From Octopus sinensis (taxonomy: Eukaryota), in contig NC_042997.1 in assembly GCF_006345805.1 (NCBI RefSeq), positions 186,248,001 to 186,312,000 on the forward strand: a stretch of DNA of 64,000 nt, written 5' to 3'. The position numbers and the translations under genes are program-made. This document shows positions 54,386 to 64,000 of this stretch, piece after piece. Numbering within the stretch: position 1 is the first letter of the stretch; each line of letters begins with the position of its first letter. Under the pieces are notes generated by a model. That model made no database searches, was not told the DNA's origin, and was given only the letters and a program-made list of their open reading frames with translations.

Positions 54386-54759
54386 TGTATGTATGTATGT
54401 ATGTATTGTATGTATGTTTGTGCGTGTGTAAATGTGTGTGCGTGTCGGCGTGCGAGCGTAAGATTGTACGTGTGTCTACGAACACATATGTATGTGTACG
54501 TGTTGCATCGCATACACAGTTATCGGTCTAGATAGGTTAGCATCTGTGTATAGAAAGGCGTACGACTGCGTGTGTGAATGCATGTATGAAACCCGCGTGA
54601 ATGTGACTTTGTTTGTGTGTGTGTATGTACGTGTGTATGTTCGTGCGCGCGCCAACGTGTGTGTATGTATATATATATATATATGTATATGTATGTTTAT
54701 GCGTGTGCGTGCGTGTGTGCATGACCACGTGTATATTTATGTATATGAGGGTTCACACA

Positions 54760-54973
54760 CGAGGGGTTGCTGGATAGTTCTTGTCTTTAAGGGAATCGCG
54801 GAAGGCCTGGCTGGAGGTTCAACATTCCAAGTTCTTTTACAGGGCTTAGAAAAACTGAAGGACCACTGCAATAAGTGTGTGAATCTGAGAGGAGAATATG
54901 TTGAATAATATCACAATTAACAGACGCACCCGTATTTTTTTACCCAAAGCCAGGAACTTTACAACTCCCCTCG
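54760..54973 (+). mobile_element. Internally deleted mariner (MITE-like) retaining the transposase C-terminus
   Basis: TIRs CGAGGGGTTGCTGGATAGTTCTTG / CCAGGAACTTTACAACTCCCCTCG; GLEKLKDHCNKCVNLRGEYVE* resembles mariner C-termini. Confidence 0.8.
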
Positions 54974-54992
54974 CATAATATATATATATATA

Positions 54993-55118
54993 TAGGAAGA
55001 GTTTACGAAAAATACAAAAGACGAAGACAGGTGGTGTACAAAACAAACAGATGTATTAGTATAACGCTCAGGAATAGAAAAAGTCTTTTACGTTTCGAGC
55101 CTAGGCTCTTCTACAGAA
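54993..55118 (-). mobile_element. (TA)n-inserted element with hammerhead-like motif (55085-55118)
   Basis: Minus strand uu CUGUAGA a GAGC-cuag-GCUC GAAA CGU A aaa; A6>U relative to the canonical core. Confidence 0.6.
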
Positions 55119-55154
55119 TATATATATATACTTAATTTAAAAGCACCAGAAATA

Positions 55155-55209
55155 TAACAAAAGCTGTTACTCAGAGTTTCACGTTCCCGTTCGTCGGACA
55201 GTTTTGTTA
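55155..55209 (-). ncRNA. Type-I hammerhead ribozyme candidate, near-canonical
   Basis: UAACAAAA CUGU CCGACGA ACG-GGAA-CGU GAAA CU-cug-AG UA ACAG c UUUUGUUA: 12-bp helix I with one bulge, GNRA-capped helix II, palindromic helix III, GUA site; U4>C and an A-U pair at 10.1-11.1. Confidence 0.75.
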
Positions 55210-56037
55210 AAATAGAACAGAAATAACGATGTGATCAAAACTAGTTAAAGGATACACCTTTAAAAATGGATTTCTTTCATTGGTCGTTTCAAGTAACGGT
55301 CTTAAGCATGCGATAAACAAAATAAAGACAAAACAAATGAATTCAATATAAATTCATCCTACTATAAACAATCGAGGAAAACCTTAAATCGAAGAGCGGA
55401 TTCAAAATACATATTGCCAATAATTATATGTGAAATATAATTCGATTAAGACAATTAATACATTAAAAATTAGAATATTTTACTTCTACTACTTAGCACC
55501 GTGGTACTTAGGGCCAATGTCTTCTACTATTGCTTCGAGTAGACCCATGTTTCTCTGTGTGAAATCGCAATGACGAAACCCCTCGGTATCGGACTCTAAT
55601 TGTAATTTGAAAGTAACATTGACTATTTCCTCTTACACCTTGTTGATCGCCTCCCAACTTAATGATTTCCCTACAAAAGTGCAAAGAAGATAAGTTGTCT
55701 TGCAGAGGTGATTAGTTCACATTTGCCACAGAACAGTGATATAGGGCTCCAGAATCTGTCCTGGTTGCCAAGCTCCTACTATATTTTAGCATACTTGTTC
55801 AAAAATCTTTCTTGACGCTTCTTAGAGATAACAGAAAGTACGAACTAGATTGATTTCCTTGAATAAACCTTTCAGGCTGGCGCTCCAGCATGGCCGCAGT
55901 CCAATGACTGAATCAAGTAAACGATAGAAGCTAATAGATGAGCCATCTGAAATGGTTATTTAAGATGGCTCATCACTTTTCTTCTTGTTACTTCTGTTGG
56001 TTCTCGCGCCTTCAGTTCCATTCAAGCCACTATCACC

Positions 56038-56270
56038 AAAAGTGGGCCTGCTCGGTGATTAATACTTAACAGCTGCGGTATTATAACTATACTGAGGTAG
56101 CATAATAATTTGCTCTGTAAATTGGGGCTAGAATGAATGGTTTGACGAACATTTAGCTGCCTTTATTTTATTTATTAGAACTTAAATTTTATAATGAAAA
56201 AGCTTTAATTATTTAAAGGGACGAAAAGACCCTATTGAGCTTTTATTATTGTTTAAATTATATATATCAA
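56038..56270 (+). pseudogene. rrnL: NUMT: fragment of mitochondrial large-subunit (16S) rRNA
   Basis: GGGCCTGCTCGGTGA...AACAGCTGCGGTATTATAACT...AGGTAGCATAATAATTTGC...GAATGAATGGTTTGACGAA...GGGACGAAAAGACCCTATTGAGCTT are conserved mt 16S motifs of cephalopod type. Confidence 0.9.
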
Positions 56271-56297
56271 ACCTTAGATCTCATTTATACTATTCTT

Positions 56298-56374
<77 letters not shown>

Positions 56375-56376
56375 TA

Positions 56377-56560
56377 TCTCTTATATAAAAATCCGTTCTG
56401 TCTGTCTGTCTGTGTGTCTTCTAGGATCTCGGGCATCCTCCATCCGATTGCTCTCAAATTTGATATGTAGATACCGATGGTATCAGGGCGTGTATGATTC
56501 TAGGCGAGAATGCGATCGATAAAGCCGTAGAAACGTGCATTTGGACGGGGGGCGTTTTGC
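56377..56560 (+). mobile_element. 5' part of a Helitron-like non-autonomous element
   Basis: TCTCTTATATAAAA start and (CTGT)n tract; no 3' CTRR/hairpin found. Confidence 0.45.
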
Positions 56561-57011
56561 TCGTGTATGTATGTATGTATGTATGTATGTATGTATGTAT
56601 GTATGTATGTATGTATGTATGTATGTGTGTATGTATGCATGTATATCTACGAAGATTCAGTTGAACCATCCCTTGTATTGACCACATTAGTCTTAAAATG
56701 TCCGTAAAAGTTGCCGACACAACCCTTTATTTTATCTTAGCCAAATTGTTGAGCCTTCTATCTCCTCCTGCGGCCCAATGCGCACTAACATGAGATAGTT
56801 GTCTCAATAGTATGAATATATATTATTGGACGTACTTCATGTTCGTTTTATCAACCGTATTCTTCCGTGCTGGTTAGGGCATATTGGGAGCGGATATTAA
56901 TCTTGGAGTTTTCCTTCCCCGAGATTTAAGGCTGTCACCGCAGCTAAGGAGCTCAATCTACCCTTACAAAAGTCTGTTTGACCCATAGATGAAACCCTAA
57001 CATGTATTACC

Positions 57012-57242
57012 TATTTCCTTATTGCCCACAAGAGGCTAAACATAGATGGGACAAACAAGGACAGACATAGGTATTAAGTCGATTACATCGACCCCAGTGT
57101 GGAACTGGTACTTAATTTATCGACCCCGAAAGAATGAAAGGCAAAGTCAACCTCGGCGGAATTTGAACTCACAACGTAACGGCAGACGAAATATCGCTAA
57201 GCATTTTATCCGGCGTGCTAACGTTTCTGCCAGCTCGCCGCC
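57012..57242 (-). mobile_element. SINE family B monomer with 14-bp TSD
   Basis: TSD TAACATGTATTACC at 56998-57011 and 57243-57256. Confidence 0.92.
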
Positions 57243-57442
57243 TAACATGTATTACCGTTCCGTGTCAGAACGGATCTGGGGGTAATGGTAACTAAGGGAT
57301 GGCTCCACGCTCCCTACAACTGCAGAACTCCCGAACAGGAGCCTCACTTCCGGATACAATTTAATGCCAACCAAGTATTAATCCACAATAACAAAGTTTA
57401 TGATCCACGATAGTAAACAGCTGTGAAGTTAAGAAATTAACG

Positions 57443-57840
57443 AGTGGCTGTGTGGTAAGTAGATTGTTTACCAACCACATGGTTCTGGATTCAGTCCCAC
57501 TGCGTGGCATCTTGGGCGAGTGTCTCCTACTATAGCCTTGGGCCAACCAAAGCCTTGTGAGTGGATTTGGTAGACGGAAACTGAAAGAAGCCCGTCGTAT
57601 ATATGTATATATATATATGCGTGTGTGTGTTTGTGTGTCTGTGTTTGTCCCCCTAGCATTGCTTGACAACCGATGCTGGTGTGTTTGTGTCCCCGTTACT
57701 TAGCGGTTCGGCAAAAGAGACCGATAGAATAAGTACTGGGCTTACAAAAGAATAAGTCCCGGGGTCGAGTTGTTCGATTAGAGGCGGTGCTCCAGCATGG
57801 CCGCAGTCAAATGACTGAAACAAGTAAAAGAAAAGAATAA
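57443..57840 (+). mobile_element. SINE family A
   Basis: Near-identical to 44299-44733. Confidence 0.9.
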
Positions 57841-58075
57841 AAAAAGAATATTTCATCAAATTATAGAACTGAGTTTCATTTGTTTCATAGGTAAGAAGAA
57901 GATCTACCTGTACTCCTTTTTTCTCTAACCCCTCTAATTTTTCCTATTTTTGCTCTGTGTATTGTCTCTCTTCCTTTAAATAATTATTCTTCCTCTATGT
58001 CAGTCTGTATTTATCTCCCCCATCTCTCTATCTATTTATGTATCTATTTATCTATCTTTTTATCTATTTATCTGT

Positions 58076-58145
<70 letters not shown>

Positions 58146-58219
58146 GTCTGTCTATCTATCTATATCTATCTATCTGTCTATCTATCTATCTATCTATCTA
58201 CCTACCCATCTATCTACCC

Positions 58220-58293
<74 letters not shown>

Positions 58294-58460
58294 TTATCTA
58301 TTCTTGTTTTCTTTCTCACTCTTTTTCTTTCCTTCCTCTGCATATTTTCTCCCGCTTCATGTTTTTCTTTTCAAATTTCATCTTTTTCCTTCTTGCTCTC
58401 TCCCATCTTTTATGCCCTCCACTCAATTCATCTGAGTCACTCTCAGTCTCTGTCTGTCTC

Positions 58461-58540
<80 letters not shown>

Positions 58541-58788
58541 TCTTGCTGTTTTCTCTTCTTTCCTACATCAGATTCTTAATTCCTACTCCCACTTTTTCTC
58601 TCTCCCTTTTCTTTCTTCTTTTCATCTTCTTCTACACTCCCACCTTATTTACTTTCTCATATTCCCATCTCTTTTAATCTATTTTTTCCTTCTTTTTCCA
58701 CCTTATCTACTTCCAGGCAATACTTTCTCTGTTACGTTGCTACACACTTTCGGCAATAGTAGTATTAAACACAATATTAACACCGTTG

Positions 58789-59140
58789 AAGGCGCATAGC
58801 TAGTGGTAAGAGAGTCGGACTTACAATCCTAAGGTAATGAGTTCGATTACCGGACCGAGTTGTGTGTTTTGTTCTTGAGCAAGACACTTTATTTCACGTT
58901 GCTCCTGTTCACTCAGCTCTAGAAACGAGTTACGACGTCACTGGTGCCAAGGTTTATCGACCTTTGCCTTTCCCTTGGATAACATCAGTGGTGTGGAGAG
59001 AGGAGGCCGGTATGCATGCATGGGTAACTGCTGGTCTTCCATAAACAACCTTGCCCGGATTGTGCCTCGGAGGGGAATTTCCTAGGTGCAATCTCATGGT
59101 CATTCATGACCGAAGGATTTTATTTTACTCTTTACCCTTT
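58789..59140 (+). mobile_element. tRNA-derived SINE family D
   Basis: tRNA head, GTTCTTGAGCAAGACACTTT core; tail shared with 63760-64000. Confidence 0.8.
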
Positions 59141-59572
59141 TATTAACAACCTCAGAAAGGATTGAAGATTGCAACATCAAAATTAATCACGCCATTAGTA
59201 ACAACATTAGATGCCATATTTTGAGACAATAGAAGCAACATTTCAGTGCTTGGCCTCCAAGACCCGTTTGTGTAAAGAATGAAGTTACTCTCACACGATC
59301 ATTCTGGTTCAAATGTTTGGAGTATGTGTGCCACCCTAGAAAAGAGCAATTCCTCTCATACGCTTATATGCTTCCACACAGCTGTTGACCAAATTTTTAT
59401 TCAGCAGTCTTTGGAGGATTTGATGCTGTGTTAAAAAAAAAATTTTAGCAAGCGACCGTACATTGGAATTGAACCTGTTACCATATTGTTGCAAAGCAAA
59501 CGTCTTAACCACACAACTACATCTAATACGAGTTCAGTCAAAATAATAATAAAGGCTTTAGAGACAGTAGTT

Positions 59573-59920
59573 ATTTCTTTATTGCCCACAAGGGGCTAAA
59601 CATAGAGGGGACAAACAAGGACAGACAAACGGATTAAGTCGATTACATCGACCCCAGTGCGTAACTGGTGCTAAATTTATCGACCCCGAAAGGATAAAAG
59701 GTAAAGTCGACCTCGGTGGAATTTGAACACAGAACGTAACGGCAGACGAAGTACCGCTAAGCATTTTGCCCGGCATCCTAACGATTCTGCCAGCTCACCA
59801 CCCTGAAATTATTATTATTGAGTGGGAGAGCAGTGTATGCCATCAAAGTAACACTGGTACTTATTTAATCGACCCCGAAAGGAAGAAAAGCAAAGTCGAC
59901 CTCGGTGGAATTTGAACTCA
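59573..59920 (-). mobile_element. Composite insert: SINE B, (AAT)-element end and partial SINE B
   Basis: Flanked by TTTAGAGACAG(T/C)AGTT direct repeats. Confidence 0.75.
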
Positions 59921-60537
59921 GGTTTAGAGACAGCAGTTGCGATATTAGTGAAAACATTAGAGACAACAAAACCCGTAACCGAGATAATAACATGGAAAAT
60001 GTTTAAGAGAAAAATAGGAAAATTATAGCCAGCGATAGCAACAGAAAAATAGCAACCTAACAGCGCATACATTAGCCTTCAACGGCAACAATTACAGTTA
60101 TATTAAATGCCGCAGCAGCAATTTCCCAAACAGCTCAAACGGCAGCTGCTTTAGAAAATAGCAACGGAGTTCGTAAGAGCAGACGCTTTGGTAAGAGCAA
60201 CACTGCAGCAGCAGCAGCAGCAGTTTAAATAACATTAGCAGCAGCAACAGCAACAAATCGAATAACTAGAGCGTTAGCAGTCTTGTCAAGTTGTAGCAGC
60301 TGAAAAATGTGCACCAATGGCAGGAGAGTCAACGTTAACGACAGCTGCTCGAACGTTATCAACAACTGCAACAATATCATAAACGGCAGCAGAAACATCA
60401 ACAGCTGCAGCTTCGTTGTCAACATCAGCAACAATAGCTTAACCGACAGCACCGGCATCATCAACAGCTGGACTCCCATTAATAGCGGCACAAAGGGTAA
60501 CAGCTACGCCGGCACCTTTGATATCTGTAATAATACC

Positions 60538-61321
60538 TATTTCTTTACTACCCACAAGGGGCTAAACACAGAGGGGACAAACAAGGACAGACAAACGGAT
60601 TTAGTCGATTACATCGACCCCAGTGCTTAACTGGTACTTAATTTATCGACCCCGTAAGGATGAAAGGCAAAGTCAACCTCAGCTGAATTTGAACTCAGAA
60701 CGTAACGGCAGACGAAATATCTATTTCTTTACTACCCACAAGGGGCTAAACACAGAGGGGACAAACAAGGACAGTAAAAACGGATTTAGTCGATTATATC
60801 GACCCCAGTGCATAACTGGTACTTAATTTATCGACCCCGTAAGGATGAAAGGCAAAGTCAACCTCAGCTGAATTTGAACTCAGAACGTAACGGCAGACGA
60901 AATACCTATTTCTTTACTACCCACAAGGGGCTAAACACAGAGAGGACAAACAAGGACAGACAAACGGATTAAGTCGATTACATAGACTCCAGTGCATAAC
61001 TGGTACTTAATTTATCGACCCCGAAAGGATGAAAGGCAAAGTCAACCTCAGCTGAATTTGAACTCAGAACGTAACGGCAGAGGAAATACCTATTTCTTTA
61101 CTACCCACAAGGGGCTAAACACAGAGGGGACAAACAAGGACAGACAAACGGATTAAGTCGATTACATCGACCCCAGTACGTAACTGGTACTTAATTTATC
61201 GGCCCCGAAAGGATGAAAGGCAAAGTCAACCTGGGCGGAATTTGAACTCAGAACGTAACGGCAGACGAAATACGGCTACGCCTTTCGCCCGGCGTGCTAA
61301 CGTTTCTGCCAGCTCGCCGCC
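60538..61321 (-). mobile_element. SINE family B tetramer (one head, four 184-185-bp bodies) within a single 20-bp TSD
   Basis: Unit starts 60538, 60722, 60907, 61091; TSD TTGA(T/C)ATCTGTAATAATACC at 60518-60537 / 61322-61341. Confidence 0.92.
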
Positions 61322-61465
61322 TTGACATCTGTAATAATACCATAAACAGCAGCACTAGTACTATCATCAATGTGAAGGCACGCCGTTTAGTAGTTAGTGT
61401 ACTCGGCTTACGCTCGTAAGGTCGTGAGTTCAATTCTCGGCGATGCGTTGTGTCCTTGAGTAAGA

Positions 61466-61825
61466 GTGGAGGCGCAATGGCCCAGTGGTTAGGGCAGCGG
61501 ACTCGCGGTCATAGGATCGCGGTTTCGATTCCCAGACCGGGCGTTGTGAGTGTTTATTGAGCGAAAACACCTAAAGCTCGACGAGGCTCCGGCAGGGGAT
61601 GGTGGTGATCCCTGCTGTACTCTTTCACCACAACTTTCTCTCACTCTTACTTCCTGTTTCTGTTGTATCTGTATTTCAAAGGGCCGGCCTTGTCACTCTC
61701 TGTGTTACGCTGAATATCCCCGAGAACTATGTTAAGGGTACACGTGTCTGTGGAGTGCTCAGCCACTTACACGTTAATTTCACGAGCAGGCTGTTCCGTT
61801 GATTCGGATCAACGGGAACCCTCGC
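61466..61825 (+). mobile_element. SINE family C, tail type 1 (abuts another SINE head at 61373-61465)
   Basis: Near-identical to 7952-8316. Confidence 0.9.
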
Positions 61826-62305
61826 ATCTTGTCCGGCGTGCTAACTATTATGCTAGTTCGCCACTCTAGAATGGCACCAACGATATCGCGATAAAAAGTG
61901 ATTCTATCAATAGCCACACCAACGCAATCGATATTTGCATCAATGACACCAAGATCAAATGTGCTAACATCAATAATGGCACCGACGATATCAATAGTTG
62001 CGCTAACGCCATCAATAATATCAACAGAGACACCATCAATTCCTGCACCAACACCGTTAAAATAATCAGCGACACCAGTAATCAGATAGATTTTCAAGCA
62101 TTTTTGTTACCTATGCACTCCTTTTGATACCTATTTTACTCGGCTGAGCTCCCCACCCCACCCACCCAGCCAAACGTAATCGATGCTAAAAAACATTCGA
62201 TTATTTTCCATTTTAAAATATTCCATTAAAATCTCATTTTAAAATATCCCATTAAAATCCAATTAAACATTATTAGGAACTGTACCAAAAAAAAAATGTT
62301 AACTA

Positions 62306-63530
62306 TTGGGTCATCCCATAATTAATGCGGGTTTTTTTTCAATTGCACGAGCGGAGGAGAACGGGATAAACTACCTGCATCAACTTCCTATAAAAGCGGG
62401 TAGTAATTTTACCTTGTACTTATTCATTGCGCAAGTTTTGAAGAGTGCCGTTCGATTTTAACAGTTATTTTTTTTCAAAGCTATAATGGAAGTGACAAAG
62501 GAGCATATTCGGCATATTTTGCTTTATGAGTTCAATAAAGGTAACAACGCAACGGAAAGTGCGAGGAATATTAATGCAGTATATGGGGATCGGACAATAA
62601 GTATAAGCCAGTATCAACGGTGGTTCCAGAAATTCCGAGCCGAAAACTACAGCCTAGAAGACGAGCCTCATCCTGGAAGATCTGTAGAATTTGATGAGGA
62701 CGTCCTGTAAAACCTGTTGAGGAGCTAGCAGAGAAGCTTGGATTTGGTCATTCAACCATTCATCGACACCTGCATGCCATCGGAAAAGTCAGTAAATTGA
62801 GTCAATGGTTTCCTCACAAATTTCCGTGTCTTATCGCGCGCTGAGAGTGAATGTGTGCTCTTCTTTGCATCACGTCTCACAATGAACCTTTTTTTGGACC
62901 AAATAGTAACTAGTGAGTATGAGTTCTCTATAAAAATGTCAAGCACCAAAGACAATGACCAAGGAAAGGAGAAACACTAGCACACCAGACTAAAGAAGGT
63001 TTTCACCTACGTAAGATGTTATCTGTTTGGTGGGATATGAAAGGTTTAATCCACTTTGAACTTTTAAACCCAAACCAAACTATAACAAAGGAGATCTACT
63101 GTAAACAGCTTAAGTCAGCGCTAGATGAAAAGCGACCATCTTTGATTTCAAGACGAAAGGTGCTCTTCCATCAGGATAATGCTCGGCCACATACTGCGAC
63201 GATCACATTCCAAAGGCTGAAGCGGTTTGAATGGGAAACGATGTCCCACTCACCATATTAGCCGGACATTACCCCATCTGATTATCATTTATTCCGCAGT
63301 CTTCAAAATTATTTGGATGGAAAAAATATGAATTCTGTAGACGAAGTCAGAACAATAGTGGAGGAGTATTTTTCGTCACGGATAAGTGAATTTTGGAAGA
63401 GAGGCCTTGCAAGTCTAACAGATTGATGGCAGAGCATTGTAGAAAATGAAGGAAAGTATATTTTAGATTAAAAAACAACTTTGTTTATCTTAATTTTGAA
63501 AAATAAAACAATATTTATGGGATGACTCAA
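62306..63530 (+). mobile_element. Full-length decayed mariner (DD34D) transposon, 1225 bp
   Basis: TA|TTGGGTCATCCCATAA ... TTATGGGATGACTCAA|TA TIRs with TA TSD. Confidence 0.93.
62486..63470 (+). pseudogene. Mariner transposase pseudogene (stops and frameshifts)
   Basis: HTH region IRHILLYEF..WFQKFR..LEDEPHPGRS; MLSVWWD; HQDNARPH; HSPY*PDITPSDYHLFRSLQ. Confidence 0.93.
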
Positions 63531-63759
63531 TATTTTGTGCATTGTAGGTATAAAACCAATTTATTGATTGATTGATTCTAGTTTCAGCTCATGAGCTGTG
63601 GCCATGCTGGGGCACCGCCATTTTAACAAACAAAACTTTTTTATATGGATCCCCAAGTGTCATATTGACTCCGGTTGAGAACCACTGAGTTATACCTACA
63701 CCACCAATAGCTTCATCTACAAGAGAGCGGTATCAACATCACTTACGGTAGTTCTAATC

Positions 63760-64000
63760 TTGGCTCAGTGGTTAGAGCGTCCGGCTCACAATCATGAGAC
63801 AGTGAGTTCGATTTCCGGACCGGGTTGTGTGTGATATTCTTGAGCAAAGCACTTTTTTTCACTTTGATCCATTTCACTCAGCTGTACAAATGAGTTGCGA
63901 CGTCACAGGTGCCAAGCTGTTTTTGGTCTTTGCTTTTCCCTTGGATGTCATCGGTAGCGTGGAGCGGGGAGGCTGATATGCATAGACGACTGCTGGTCTT
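63760..64000 (+). mobile_element. SINE family D (runs off the window)
   Basis: Collinear with 58789-59040. Confidence 0.78.

Noticed and set aside
56038-56270. Functional rRNA gene
   Set aside because: A short isolated fragment in nuclear repeats with no neighbouring mitochondrial genes, so it is called a NUMT
62486-63470. Domesticated or active mariner transposase (SETMAR-like)
   Set aside because: Multiple stops and frameshifts, TIRs and TA TSD retained, and no fused domain

Overview
Repeat-saturated eukaryotic non-coding DNA, most likely from an octopod cephalopod. That inference rests on a ~230-bp mitochondrial 16S rRNA insertion (NUMT) at ~56.04-56.27 kb and the density of tRNA-derived SINEs and microsatellites. 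No intact host protein-coding gene is evident, and almost all ORFs in the track are microsatellite or SINE read-through. Protein-coding remnants are a 5'-truncated CR1-type LINE (0.2-1.15 kb), a deleted DD37D/maT element (21.8-22.6 kb), a small mariner derivative (54.8-55.0 kb) and a full-length decayed DD34D mariner (62.3-63.5 kb). The window also holds dozens of SINEs from at least 5 families, a Helitron, a HINE-like element, Tigger-like MITEs, an (AAT)n-targeting 550-bp element, a 9-unit minisatellite and ~6 kb of trinucleotide DNA. The most interesting signal is RNA-structural. Several short non-coding elements carry minimal type-I hammerhead-ribozyme motifs of the Penelope-like kind; most sit in or beside (TA)n tracts. 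One motif is near-canonical (55155-55209, minus), one lies in the tail of a tRNA-headed SINE, and a mirrored pair lies in a 313-bp palindrome. A SINE body also folds into an HDV-like nested double-pseudoknot topology. All calls are by eye, coordinates of degenerate repeats are approximate, and ribozyme activity is untested.
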